A stretch of 64,000 nt of DNA from the human T2T-CHM13v2.0 reference genome, Homo sapiens: NCBI RefSeq assembly GCF_009914755.1, contig NC_060930.1, one strand, 5' to 3'. The notes beneath the pieces are model-generated. The model did no database searches, was not told where the DNA came from, and saw only the letters and a program-made list of their open reading frames with translations. Position numbers and translations under genes: made by a program. Shown here piece after piece: positions 1 to 17,704 of this stretch. Each line of letters starts with the position of its first letter. The first letter of the stretch is position 1.

Positions 1-520
1 GTAGAGATCTTTCACCTCCTTGGTTAGGTATATTCCTAAGTATTTCTTTCTTTCTTTCTTTCTTTTTTTTTGGCAGCTGTTGTCAAAAGGGTTCAGTTCT
101 TGATTTGATGCTCACCTTGGTCATTGTTGGTGTATAGCAGTGCTACTAATTTATGTACACTGATACATTGATTTTGTATCCTGAAACTTTACTGAATTCA
201 TTTATTAGCTCTAGGAGCTTTTTGGTGAGTCTTTAGTGTTTTCTAAGTATATAATCATATCATTGGCAAACAGTAACAGCTTGACTTTCTCTTTACTGAT
301 TTAGATGCCCTTGATTTCTTTCTCTTGTCTGGTTGCTCTAGCTAGGACTTCCAGTACTATGTTGAATAGAAGTGGTAGAAGTGGGCATCCTTGTCTTGTT
401 CCAGTTCTCATGGGTAATGCTTTCAACTTTTCTTCATTCGATATAATGTTGGCTGTGGGTCTGTCATAGATGTCTTTTATTACCTTGAGGTATGTCCCTT
501 CTATGCTGATTCTGCTGAGG

Positions 521-699
521 GTTTTTGTTGTTGTTGTTCTTTTGTTTTTTGTTTTTTGTTTATTTTTTTGTATTTTTAGTAGAGACGGGGTTTCACTGTG
601 TTAGCTAGGATGGTCTCCATCTCCTTACCTCGTGATCCGCCTGCCTCGGCCTCTCAAAGTAAGTGCTGGGATTACAGGCATGAGCCACCACACCTGGCC
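521..699 (-). mobile_element. Alu left monomer with A-rich tail
   Basis: GTATTTTTAGTAGAGACGGGG...GTGCTGGGATTACAGGCATGAGCCACC...GGCC, preceded by a T/G-rich tail. Confidence 0.9.
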
Positions 700-703
700 C
701 TGC

Positions 704-899
<196 letters not shown>

Positions 900-3800
900 C
901 TCTACATCTACATGTTGGATTTTGTCAAATGCTTTTTTTGCATCTATTGAGATGATGATATGACTTTTGTTTTTAATTTATTCTGTTTATGTGATGCATC
1001 ACATTTATTGACTTGCATATGTTAAACCATCTCTGCACTCCTGGTATGAAACCCACTTGATCATGATGTATTAACTTTTTTATATGCTATCGTATTCAGT
1101 TAGCTAGTATTTTGTTGAGGGTTTTTGCATCTATGTTCATCAGGGATATTGGTTTGTAGTTTTCTTTTTTTTGTTATGTTTTCTCCTGGTTTTTGTATTA
1201 GGGTGATAGGGTTTTAGTGGCTTCATAGAATGATTTAGGGAGAATTCCCTCTTTCTTTATCTTTTGGAATAGTTTCAGTAAGGTTGGTACCAATTCTTCT
1301 TTGAATGCCTGATAGAATTCAGCTGTGAATCCATCTGGTCCTGGACTTTTTTTGTTGGCAATTTTTTATTACTATTTCAATCTCACTGCCTGTTATTGGT
1401 CTGTTCAGAGTTTCTGTTTCTTCCTGGCTTGATCTATGTGAGTTGTATATTTCCAGGAATTTATACATCTCCTCTAGATTTTCTAGTTTGTGCACATGAA
1501 GGTGTTTATAGTAGCCTTCAATGATTTTTCTGTATTTCTGTGGTATTGGTTGCAGTAGCTCCCATTTCAGCTCTAATTCAGCTATTTCAGTTCTAATTGA
1601 TCTTCTCTCATCTTTTCTTGGTTAATCTTACTAATGGTCTATCAATTTTGTTTTATTTTTTCAAAGAACCAGCTTCTTGTTTCATTTAGCTTTTGTATTT
1701 TTTTTTTGTTTCAATTTTATTTAGTTCTGCTCTGATCTTTGTTATTTCTTTTCTTCTGCTGGGTTTGGGTTTGGTTTGTTCTTGTTTCTCTAGTTCCTTG
1801 AGATGTAACCTTAGATTGTCTATTTGTACTCTTTCATAGTTTTTGATGTAGGCATTTAATACTGTGAACTTTCCTCTTAGCACCACTTTTGTAGTGTCCC
1901 AGAGGTTTTGATAAGTTGTGTCATAATTATCGTTCAGTTCAAAAAAATTTTTAATTTACATCTTGATTTCACTGTTGACTCAAAGATTATTCAGGAACAG
2001 ATCATTTAATTTCCATGTATTTGCCTGGTTTTGAGGGTTCCTTTTGGAGCTAATTTCCAATTTTATTCTGCTGTAGCCTGACAGGGTACTTGATATAATT
2101 TCAATTTTCTTTAATTTACTGAGACTTGTTTTGTGGCCTATCATATGGTCTATCTTGAAGAATATTCCATGTGCTGATGAAAAGAATGTATATTCTACAG
2201 TTGTTGGGTAGAATGTTCTGTAAATATCTGTTAAGTCCATTTGTTTTAGAGTACAGTTTAAGTCCATTGTTTCTTTGTTGCCTTTCTGTCTTGATGACCT
2301 GTCTAGTGCTATCAGTGGAATATTGAAGTCCCCCACTGTTACTGTGTTGCCATCTATCTCATTTCTTATGTCTAGTAATAATTGTTTTATAATTTTGGCA
2401 GCTCCAGTGTTATGTGCATATATATTTAGGATTGTGATATTTTCCTCTTGGACTAGTAATTTTATCATTATATAATGTCCCTCTTTGTCTTTTTTAACTG
2501 TTGTTGCTTTAAAGTCTGTTTTGTCTGATACAAGAATAGGTACTTCTGCTTACTTTTGGTGTCCATTTGCATGGAATATGTTTTTCCACCCCTTTATCAT
2601 AAGTTTATATGAGTCCTTATGTGTTAGGTGAGTCTCTTGAAAACAGCAGATACTTGGTTGGTGGATTTTTATCCATTCTGCCATTCTGTACCTTTTAAGT
2701 GGAGCATTTAGGCTGTTTACATTTAATGTTATTATTGAGCTGTAAGGTGTTGTTTTATTCATTGTGCTAGTTGTTGTCTGAATACCTTGGTTTTTGTTGT
2801 TGTTGTTGCTCGTTGTGTTATTGTTTAGTTCCTGTAAGATTTATGCTTTTAGGAGGTTCTATTTTGGTGTGTTTTGAGGTTTTGTTTCAAGATTTAGAAC
2901 TCCTTTTAGCATGTCTTATAGTGCTGGCTTGGTAGTGGTGAATTATCTCAGCATTTGTCTGAAATAGACTTTCTTTCTTCTTCATTTTTGAAGCTTAGTT
3001 TTTCTGCATATAAAATTCTTGACTAGAAATTATTTTGTTTAGGGAGGCTAAAGATAGGACCCCAATCCCTTTTGGCTTATAGGGTTTCTGCTAAGAAATC
3101 TGCTGTTAATGATGGGTTTTCCTTTATACATTATCTGATGCTTTTGCCTCACAGCTCTTAAGATTCTTTCCTTTATCTTGACTTTAGATAACCTATGATG
3201 ACTAAGTGCCTGGGTTATAATCATTTTGCAATGAATTTCCCAGGTGTCTTTTGAGCTTCTTGTATTTGGATTTCTAGGTATCTATTGAGGCTGGGGAAGT
3301 TTTCCTCAGTTATTATCTCAGATATGTTTTCCAGACTTTTAGACTTCTCTTCTTCCTTGGGAACACCAATTATTCTTAGATTTTTCATTTACCATAATCT
3401 CAAATTTCTTGGGGGCTTTGTTAATTTTTTAAAGTTATTTTTTATTTTTCTTTGTTGGATTGGGTTAATTTAAAAGCCTTGTTTTCGAGCCTTGAGTTTC
3501 TTTTTTCTACTTGTTTGATTCTATTGTTGAAACTTTCCAGTGCACTTTGTATTTCTCTAAGTGTGTCTTTCATTTCCAAAAGTTGTGATTATTTTCTCTT
3601 TATGATACCTATTTCTCTGGAGCATTTTTTTCTCCCAATCTTGTATTATTTTTTAAATTTCTTTAAGTTGGTTTTTACCTTTCTCTAGTACCTCCTTGAG
3701 TAGCTTAATAATCAACCTTCTGAATTCTTCATCTGACAATTTGGAGATTTTTTTTTCTTGGTTTGATCCATTGCTGGGGAGCTAGTGTGGTCTTTTTGGG

Positions 3801-4264
3801 GTGTTATAGAACCTTGTTTTGTCATATTACCAGAATTACTTTTTTGATTCCTTCTCATTTGGATAGACTATTTCAGTGGAAAAATCTGGAAGTCAAGGGC
3901 TGCTGTTCAGATTCTTTTGTTCCACAGGATGATCCTTTGATGTGGTGCACTCCCCCTCACCCTAGGGATAGGGCTTCCTGTGAACCAGATTGCAATAATT
4001 GTTGTTGCTTTTCTGGGTCTAGTTACCCAGCAGGTCTACTGGGCTTTGGGCTGGTGTCTGCAAAGAGTCCTGTGATGCAATCCATCTTCAGGTCCCCCAG
4101 CCATGAATAACAGCACCTGCTCTGGTGGAGGTGGCAGGGGAGTGAAGCAGACTGTGTGAGAGTCCTTGGTTGTAGGTATGTTTAGTGTGCTGGCTTTCTC
4201 AAATGCTGACAAGATACTATTCTTGAGCTATCACAAGAGCATCTTTAAACACTTAGAAATTAAA

Positions 4265-4805
4265 CTGTACATTACATAGTCCTTGGGTAAAAGAGGAAGT
4301 CTCAACAGATGTTGGAAAGTATTCTGAACTGAATGAAAATGAAAATATATCAAAACACATGGGATACACTAAAGCAGTACTTAGCAGAAAACATAAAGCA
4401 TTCAGTGCTTATATTAGAAAAGAAGGGATTTAAATAGAATCTTATTCAAAAAGAAGAGGAAAATAAATGCAAAAATGATAAAAACCAAAATCAATGAAGT
4501 TAAAAATAGAAAAACAATAGAATCAGTGAAACCAAAATCTCATTCTTTGAAAATATCAGTAAAATTCATTAAGCTCTAGCAAGACAAAGGAAAATGAGAG
4601 AAGACAGAAATTGCTAATAAAATGAATAAAATACCAAATCTCACGATAGACCCCATAAAAAGGCTCATAAAGGCATACCATGAAAACTCTTTACACATGA
4701 AATTGATGACTTGGGAAAAATGTCTAAATTCCTTGATAGATACAAATTACCAAAATTTACTCAAGAAGGAATAGGTATCCTAAATGGTCCTACGTCTATT
4801 AGGTC
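4265..4805 (+). mobile_element. Ancient L1M ORF2 fragment
   Basis: A-rich sense L1-like sequence; translation MSKFLDRYKLPKFTQEGIGILNGP matches the ORF2 motif [17 protein letters not shown] seen at 12173-12412. Confidence 0.8.
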
Positions 4806-4979
4806 CATCCTCCCTTCCTCCCTCCCTCCTTCCTTCCTTCCTTACTCCCTTCCTTCCTCTCTCCCTCCCTCCCTCACTTCCTTCCTTCCTCTCTCCCTCC
4901 CTCCCCCTTTCCTTCCTTCCTTCCTTCCATCCTCTCTCCCTCCCTCCCCTCTTTCCTTCTTTCCTTCCTTCCTTTTTTT
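4806..4979. repeat. (CCTT/CCCT)n polypyrimidine low-complexity tract
   Basis: ~170 bp almost purely C/T. Confidence 0.95.
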
Positions 4980-6199
4980 GCTTCAAATGACATGAGAAGA
5001 ATGATTTAGTGTTCCATCGAACGTTTATCCAAAAGTAGCAGAGAGTTATATTTAAATGGCAACATTAGTTCACCATTTCTGCCCAGTAGAACTTGTTCAA
5101 AGACATCAGAAAACCTCCCCTTTCTGAAGGAGTCACCTGGACAGTCCACAGACCCCAGCCATGATCAGAGCATCTCCCAGTGTCTGTCCCTGAAACCAGG
5201 TGGGCTCATGCCAGCGAGTGGGGTGGGGTGAAGTGTTTTGAGTTGGGCTATTGAAACAGGGAAAAGGTTCCACTTTCAACAGGGGGCTGGAAGCAAAGCA
5301 GATGCTATCTGCACCCCAGTGAAAACTGTACCTTATGGGACAAAGGCAGAGCAAGATTGTTGGGCTGGACTCTGCCTCTGAGTGTCCTGAAACTTGCCTC
5401 ATTGCAAGGAAATAAATCTAAGTTAGACTTTGTCCAGGAAGGTGAGGCAACCCCTAATTTTGTCAAGATTTTGAGGCAGTACTAAAGGGGTGGTGAAACT
5501 TGGTGACTCGGAATTAAGACCTATTTTCTCATCTTCTTTCTCCTGGAAATTTACCTATAGTGTTTTTATCTGCTAAACTCTTTAGAGTGGAATACTTTAG
5601 ACTTGTATTTTATAAATCTTAGTTACCAGAGTCCTTAAAATTTTGGATAGATCTTGTCTAAACTAAAATAGTAAATCCTTGGATCTTAATTAAACATAAC
5701 CATTATAGAAATCAAGTTGATGTGTCAATTTTTGAAAATTCATTCTCCAGCTCTCCAGAAAGAAGGGGAGAATGGATTTGGGGGAACAGCCAGCAGGTGG
5801 TTACATTGGTTTTTTCTTTATAACAAAGCCTCAGCAGTTTGGCAAAAAAAATCGGTTCAGTTTCTGATTTTTCCTTAAAATAACCTGGACAATGTGGTGA
5901 CTAAGTCAGATGTGAGTTGGAGACAAAGCACCTGGCCTGGGAGATGTAATTACGAAGCAGATCAGCTTCCTGAGTCCCCTTTTGACGCTTCCCCCTAGTG
6001 CCCCATAGCCTCATTCCTCACGGTGCAGCTGTTCAGCATCTGACCTTTCCAGTGACCTCCAGAATGGCTTGCCCTTCCTGGAATCCAGTCCTATAACTCG
6101 TACCGTCATGTGGGGAAAGAGGGTCAGTACATAACAGGCCAATTTTGTGTTGAAATCTAATTCTGAAGTGCACAGATTGTGTTAGGGTCAAACCATTTC

Positions 6200-6300
6200 C
6201 ACTCTCTCCGAGTCTCAGTTTCGCATCTGTAAATGGAGATAACACCTAGCTTGCATAAAGGCTGTGAGTTTTAAATGGGAAAACCATATCTAATACATAG
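6200..6300 (+). mobile_element. MIR fragment
   Basis: MIR core CTCAGTTTCGCATCTGTAAATGGAGATAA. Confidence 0.7.
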
Positions 6301-6529
6301 TGGGTTCTCAGACTTTATTATTTTCTGCTCACCTCTGCGATTCCCAAGCTGTCGAGGATGTTAAGAGGACCGAGTTCTTGCCAAGGTCCGTCAGTCCTCA
6401 GCAATGCGTAAGGCTGTTAACAATTGTCTGTGGGGCCGCCACACAGAGCCAGCAATTCTCAATGGTGTATGTTCCAGACATAGGGCGCAGGTGTAGAGAC
6501 AGATCCATAGGTCACAGCTTCTCTGTTTA

Positions 6530-6745
6530 CCAAGAGCAGAACATAGGCCTGAGCTCTGACCCTAGTTTCATTGCTTACAGGCCTGTGACTCTGGGTATGT
6601 TTTCTTTCCTCTCTCAATTCCACTTTCCTCATCTGTAATATTTTTTTTTTGCATAGGTTTATTAAGAGAAATATTATTACTCCATGCAAAGTACTTAGCA
6701 CATTGCTGGGTACAGAGAAATCACTCACATATAGTTAGCCAGAAT
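6530..6745 (+). mobile_element. MIR
   Basis: TTTCCTCATCTGTAA core and 3' AAAGTACTTAGCACATTGCTGG. Confidence 0.7.
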
Positions 6746-6868
6746 TATGAATGCAGCCTGTTTGATAACATCTAGGAAGTGAAATCCCACACTCTTAAAA
6801 AGGTGAAGAACAGATTGCAATGATCCCAGCACATAAATAGCCTTCAGAGTCTGTCAAAAACACATCTC

Positions 6869-7210
6869 GGTCTTAGTTCGTTCTGGCTGTTGTAACAATA
6901 GACATTTATTTCTCACAGTTCTGGAGGCTAGAAGTCCAAGATCGAGGTGCCGGCAGATTCGATGTCTGGTGAGGGCCCAATTCCTGGTTCACAGACGGCA
7001 CCTTCTTGCCTTCACTGCATCCTCACAGGGAGAAGGGACGAAGGAGCTCTCAGGGGTCTGTTATACGGGCACTAAGCCCATTCATGGGGTTTCACCCTCA
7101 CGACCTAATCACCTCCCAGAGGCCCCACCTCCTAATAGCATCCCTTTCTTTAAGGGTGAGGATTTTGACATAGGAATTTTGGGGACCACACAGATATTCA
7201 GCCCATTACA
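6869..7210 (-). mobile_element. MaLR solo LTR (MLT1A/MST-like)
   Basis: ATTTATTTCTCACAGTTCTGGAGGCTAGAAGTCCAAGATC...ACCTAATCACCTCCCAGAGGCCCCACCTCCTAATA. Confidence 0.88.
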
Positions 7211-7870
7211 CCATATTGCATTTTAGAGAGACGTAATCCAGTCCATTGCAGCTTCTCTTGCAGAAGTGCTCTAGAAGGGTAAGACAGTTTTAAGACTGTT
7301 TATCTTTATGCAAATCTTTGTTTGCCTTTGGATTTTTCCAAACCTGTTACTTATGATAAAACACCCATACCAGTAAGGAGAGGCTAGACTCTCCTACAGT
7401 AACCAGCAGCCTCATGTCTCACCTGGCTCTGTGTCCTCCCAGGCCTGCCCCACAGGGCTGTCACTTGGAGGTGCTGCACGTGGTTCCACCCTGTGGGGTA
7501 CCAGGGAGAGGAAAGAACAGAGCAAACTGGACACCAGAACCAGAAGGCTTCGCTCAGAAGTGCACACATTGCCTTCGTCTCAGTAAATTAGCAGAGCAAG
7601 TCCTGTAACCCCCGACAGTGATGAAGGCTGATCTGTTCCGTGCTCAGAAGGCGGAGACCTGGAAATACTGATGAAACACGAATGACTGCCCCACAGACAC
7701 AGAGAAAGATGAGAGATTCTGGAGCACACTAATTTCACTTTCAGATAACATGACTCTGGCGTTCTATAAATGCCTGTGCCGTGTGAGATGTCACAATGGA
7801 TGACAGCTTTTTATTCCCAGAAGAAAATTCAAAATAAGACTCATCATTTTATGGTCTAATTTAAAGTGAT

Positions 7871-7912
7871 ATTTAGGAATACCTTTTTCTAGGAACACCT
7901 TTTTCTAGGAAC
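7871..7912. promoter_or_regulatory. 16-bp tandem duplication carrying two TTCTAGGAA (STAT5/BCL6-type GAS) motifs
   Basis: TTCTAGGAA at 7887-7895 and 7903-7911; motif match only. Confidence 0.4.
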
Positions 7913-8929
7913 TAATAATCAGATAAAGTTGGGTTTGGGACTGTAGACTTGGAGCCTGAAGCAATACTCTTTCTATAATGAAAATCTGAGTATAGTTGCT
8001 TCTAACAGCAAGTGAGGATTTCCTACAGAGTGTTGCTGAGGGGCTGATAAGAAACCTTTTCAGAAAGAACAGCAGATTCCTATAGACCCTATTCCCATGG
8101 AAGCATCAGCAGGAACTCCTTTTCTTTTGGTGAAAACTTTCATGTCATTGGATGATCTGTTATTAGACGACACTGCCTGAGTTCTATCTTACGATGGGGA
8201 ATTGGCGTTTCTTAAGATCTTCCTTTAAATATAGCACAGATCCCCAGTATGCACATTTTCACAGAGGTGGAAGCTTTAGAAACACTCATGTAGCAGCAGA
8301 TGTCTACTGTGCTCTAGCATAAGTGGAATGAAATATTCCTTAATATAGAGGGACACACACAGGCAGAACCTCTAGCGGGTCTGTGAATAATGGGAATGAA
8401 AAGTGGAAGTCCTATGGCCGGCAAGGTAGATTCCTGGGCTTCAGAGGAGGATATGAAATATTTATAGAAAACAAAATGAAATATGAACAACACATTTATC
8501 ATGTTCTCCAGGCATGATAATATGTGATTTGCAGATGAGACATTCATTTGAAAAGCAAGTACACCATGAACCCTGGGACGAGGCTGTACGTTCCTAAACA
8601 TGCTTGGCTTACGGCCTGGCTCAGAGCAGGGCTTGCCACATGTCATGTCACTCACAGCCATTGAGGGGCACTGCCATTTGTGCTGTTGCTGTGCTTTTTG
8701 GTCTGTCTTGGAAACCTGGGGAAGTCCCCGTTGTTCCAGTGGGGCCCTTGATAAACGTCTCAGTTTCAGGTCCTCAAGTTGAGACATCCTTTCAGTCAAC
8801 TTGTGGAGTTTCTAATTCTGTGTCACTGCCTCCAGTAGAGCGCGTTTTGTGGTGGAGAGCGATGAGAGCCTCAGATCCTCGGGAAGTGCTCCACGGGTCC
8901 CGGGTCTGGCTCTCATTGTGTGTGCCAGA

Positions 8930-9085
8930 GCCTTGCTGCCCAAAGTGTGGCCCCAGGCCAGGGCCTTGCTGTCACCTGGAGCTCTCAGGCCCTCCCAGGG
9001 CTACTGTATCAGAACCAGTGAATCCACATGAATTCACATTGCAGTGCTTCGTCTGCACATGAAAGCTTGAGAAACACTAGCCTAG
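8930..9085. mobile_element. MER5-type hAT-Charlie relic
   Basis: CAAAGTGTGGCCCCAGGCC...TCACCTGGAGCT...AAGCTTGAGAAACACT. Confidence 0.55.
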
Positions 9086-9865
9086 AGAACACCTCAGCAT
9101 CCTTTCTGAATTAGAAGTTATGCTTTCTAGGGTTCTCATTAAGAAATGGGCAGTTGCACAGCCAATCAATGAAAATGGCTTTGCGTTCCCTGAATCTTCA
9201 ACTTCTGAGAGAAGGAGGAATGTTTTTTTTTCTTCCACTCTGGTCCCCAAGAACCACTACAGGCGTTCCTTACAGAACAGCAAATGACACAGCGTTCAGC
9301 CCCAACAAGTGACCCGAAGACGCGTCCCTCATCTCATGCTTGCCTGTCTAGGCCTCACCCTTTCTCAGTTGAAATCAGTCACTGCAGCAGCGTTCGAATG
9401 GGGTCACTGGAGAAAACAGCCGCAACTTCCTGGTCCTCCGTGGGAATGGCTGAAAGTGGAAGATGGAGAGAGAATCCTGAGAAAAACCCTCCATAGGTCA
9501 GCCCCATGTCAGCCCCAGCATCTATCACCGGAGGGTTCTGAAGCTTGTGGTGCACTGAAGGTGATAATTATAAAAGAAAAAATCAAATCCAGCTCCACTC
9601 CTGACTAGATGGGCAAACACTTCATACCCTGCACCACACATGAAGCTTTCTTTTTTTATTATTATACTTTAAGTTTTAGGGTACATGTGCACAACGTGCA
9701 GGTTTGTTACATATGTATACATGTGCCATGTTGGTGTGCTGCACCCACTAACTCATCATTTAACATTAGGTATGTCTCCTAATGCTATCCCTCCCCACTC
9801 CCCCCACCCCACAACAGGCTCTGGTGTGTGATGTTCCCCTTCCTGTGTCCATGTGTTCTCATTGT

Positions 9866-13712
<3,847 letters not shown>

Positions 13713-13760
13713 TTATTTTGCTCGTTAGTTGATGCAGTTTCTTCCTAGCATCGATGGTCT

Positions 13761-14776
13761 TTACAATTTGGCATGTTTTTGCAGGGGCTGGTACCGGTTG
13801 TTCCTTTCCATGTTTAGTGCTTCCTTCAGGAGCTCTTGTAAGGCAGGCCTGGTGGTGACAAAATCTCTCAGCATTTGCTTGTCTGTAAAGGATTTTATTT
13901 CTCCTTCACTTATGAAGCTTAGTGTGGCTGGATATGAAATTCTAGGTTGAAAATTCTTTTCTTTAAGAATGTTGAATATTGGCCCCCACTCTCCTCTGGC
14001 TTGTAGAGTTTCTGCCAAGAGATCCGCTGTTAGTCTGATGGGCTTCCCTTTGTGGGTAACCCAACCTTTCTCTCTGGCTGCCCTTAACATTTTTTCCTTC
14101 ATTTCAACTTTGGTGAATCTGACAATTACGTGTCTTGGAGTTGCTCTTCTCGAGGAGTATCTTGGTGGTGTTCTCTGTATTTCCTGAATTTGAATGTTGG
14201 CCTGCCTTGCTAGATTGGGGAAGTTCTCCTGGATAATATCCTGCAAGTGTTTTCCAACTTGGTTCTATTCTCCCCGTCACTTTCAGGTACACCAATCAGA
14301 CGTAGATTAGGTCTTTTCACATAGTCCCATATTTCTTGGAGGCTTTGTTCATTTCTTTTTATTCTTTTTTCTCTAAACTTCCTTTCTCACTTCATTTCAT
14401 TCATTTGATCTTCCATCACTGATACCCTTTCTTCCAGTTGATGGAATTGGCTACTGAGGCTTGTGCATTCGTCACGTAGTTCTCATGCTGTGGTTTTCAG
14501 CTCCATCGGGTCCTTTAAGGATTTCTCTGCACTGGTTATTCTAGTTAGCCATTCGTCTAATCTTTTTTCAAGGTTTTTAACTTCTTTGCCATGGGTTCGA
14601 ACTTCCTCCTTTAGCTTGGAGTAGTTTGATTGTCTGAAGTCTCCTTCTCTCAACTCATCAAAGTCATTCTCCGTCCAGCTTTGTTCCGTTGCTGGTGAGG
14701 AGCTGCATTCCTTTGGAGGAGGAGAGGCATTCTGATTTTTAGAATTTTCAGTTTTTCTGCTCTGTTTTTTCCCCAT
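13761..14776 (-). pseudogene. Disrupted L1 ORF1
   Basis: MGKKQSRKTENSKNQ (14483-14776) and ..ENFPNLARQANIQIQEIQRTP..LQKHAKL (13761-14246), separated by stop/frameshift. Confidence 0.95.
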
Positions 14777-15348
14777 CTTTGTGGTTTTATCTACCTTTGG
14801 TCTTTGATGATGGTGACGTACAGATGGGGTTTTGGTGTGGATGTTCTGTTTGTTAGTTTTCCTTCTAACAGTCAGGACCCTCAGCTACAGGTCTGTTGGA
14901 GTTTGCCAGAGGTCTACTCCAGACCCTGTTTGCCTGGGTATCAGCAGCAGAGGCTGCAGAACAGCGGATATTGGTGAACAGCAAATGTTGCTGCCTGATC
15001 ATTCCTCTGGAAGTTTTGTCTCAGAGGAGTACCTGGCCGTGTGAGATGTCAGTCTGCCCCTACTGGGGGGTACCTCCCAGTCAGGCTACTTGGGGGGTCA
15101 GGGACACACTTGAGGAAGCAGTCTGTCCGTTCTCAGATCTCCAGCTGCATGCTGGGAGAACCACTACTCTCTTCAAAGCTGTCAGACAGGGACATTCAAG
15201 TCTGCAGAGGTTTCTGCTGCCTTTTGTTTGGCTATGCCCTGCCCCTAGAGGTGGAGTCTATAGAGGCAGGCAGGCCTCCTTGAGCTGCGGTGGGCTCCAC
15301 CCAGTTTGAGCTTCCAGGCCACTTTGTTTACCTACTCAAGCCTTGGCA

Positions 15349-15423
15349 ATGGCGGGCACCCCTCCCCCAGCCTCGCTGCCAACTTGCAGTTTGATCTCAG
15401 ACTGCTGTGCTAGCAATGAGTGA
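15349..15423 (+). pseudogene. Truncated L1 ORF0 (antisense 5'UTR ORF)
   Basis: ATG at 15349 gives MAGTPPPASLPTCSLISDCCASNE then TGA at 15421, matching the ORF0 N-terminus. Confidence 0.75.
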
Positions 15424-15766
15424 GGCTCCGTGGGCATGGGATTCTCTGAGCCAGGCACAGGATATAATCTCCTGGTGTGCCGTTTGCTAAGACTGTCGGA
15501 AAAGTGCAGTATTAGGGTGGGAGTGACCCGATTTTCCAGGTGCCGTCTGTCACCCCTTTCCTTGGCTAGGAGAGAGAATTCCCTGACCCCTTGTGCTTCC
15601 CGGGTGAGGCGATGCCTCACCCTGACATGAAACTATTTTTTAAGGGCATAAACAGTGTCTACTTTTACACATGATTTCCAGCAGTAAATCAAAAAATGAC
15701 AGTTAAGAAAACAAAATAAAACAAAAACAAAAACAACTCATAGTCAACTTATAAAGCAATCAATCA

Positions 15767-16225
<459 letters not shown>

Positions 16226-16402
16226 TCAGCAGAGAGATAGAGAGTATAAAAGACATGTGGGAATGCTACAAAAAATATATAAGACATAAAGAATTCCTTC
16301 AGAAAGCTTATCAGTGAACTAGTCTCAGCTGAAGAAAGATTAAGGAACTTGAAGATAGGTCAACAGGAATCATATAAAATGACACACAAATAACATAAAA
16401 TG

Positions 16403-16765
<363 letters not shown>

Positions 16766-17410
16766 CTAATGTACATGCAGTTGGAGTCCCAGAACAAGCA
16801 AACAAACAGCAAGGAATAAAACAGAAGAAATATTTAAAGAGATAATTTGCAAATATAATGCAAGACAGCAAACCTCAGGTCCAAGAAGCTCAGGGAATCC
16901 CAACAGTATAAATACAAAAACAAATAAAAAATCTCCATACAAAAAAAAAAAAAAAACCCACCTAGACACATAAAATCAAACTTTTTAAAACCAAAGATAA
17001 GGAGAAAATGTAGAATGCATTTGGGAGTTGTGGGGGACATTACATACCCAAGAAGAAAGATAATTGTAATAGATTTCTTGTCAGACATGTAAGCTGGATG
17101 TTAATGAACTGACATCTTAAAGTACTGAAACAATTAATCCAGAATTCTATTATTCTATTACAGATCCATTAAAATATTGTTTTAAATTAAAGGCAAAAAT
17201 AAAAGCTTTTTAGACCCTGAAAAACTAAGATAACTCACTGCTGAGAGACTTGTGCTACAATAAATGTTAAAGGTAGTTCTTTAGGCTATAGGAAAATTAT
17301 ACCAGATAAAAATTTGGGGTTACACAGAGAAGTGAGCACCAGAAATAGTAAAAGTGGATATTAAAAACATTTTCTCATGGCTGATTCTTTAAAAGACTGT
17401 CAACTATGGT

Positions 17411-17704
17411 GGCCAGGTGCAGTGGCTCATGCCTGTAATCCCAGCACTTTGGGAGCCTGAGATGGGCAGATGGCTTGGGTTTAGGAGTTTGAGACAAGTC
17501 TGGGCAACATGGTGAAACCCTGTCTCTACAAATAATACAAAAATTAGCTGGGCATGGTGGTGTATGCCTGTAGTCCCAGCTACTCAGGAGGCTGAGGCAA
17601 GGAGGTTGAGCCCAGGAGGGTGAGGTTGCAGTCAGGCATGACTGCACCACTGCACTCCAGCCTGAGCAACAGAGTGAGACCCTGTCTCAAAAAAAAAAAA
17701 AAAA
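17411..17704 (+). mobile_element. AluJ
   Basis: Diverged dimer ending GAGTGAGACCCTGTCTC-polyA. Confidence 0.93.

Noticed and set aside
8596-8650. p53 response element
   Set aside because: Only isolated half-sites (AAACATGCTT; imperfect GGGCTTGCCA), not an adjacent pair
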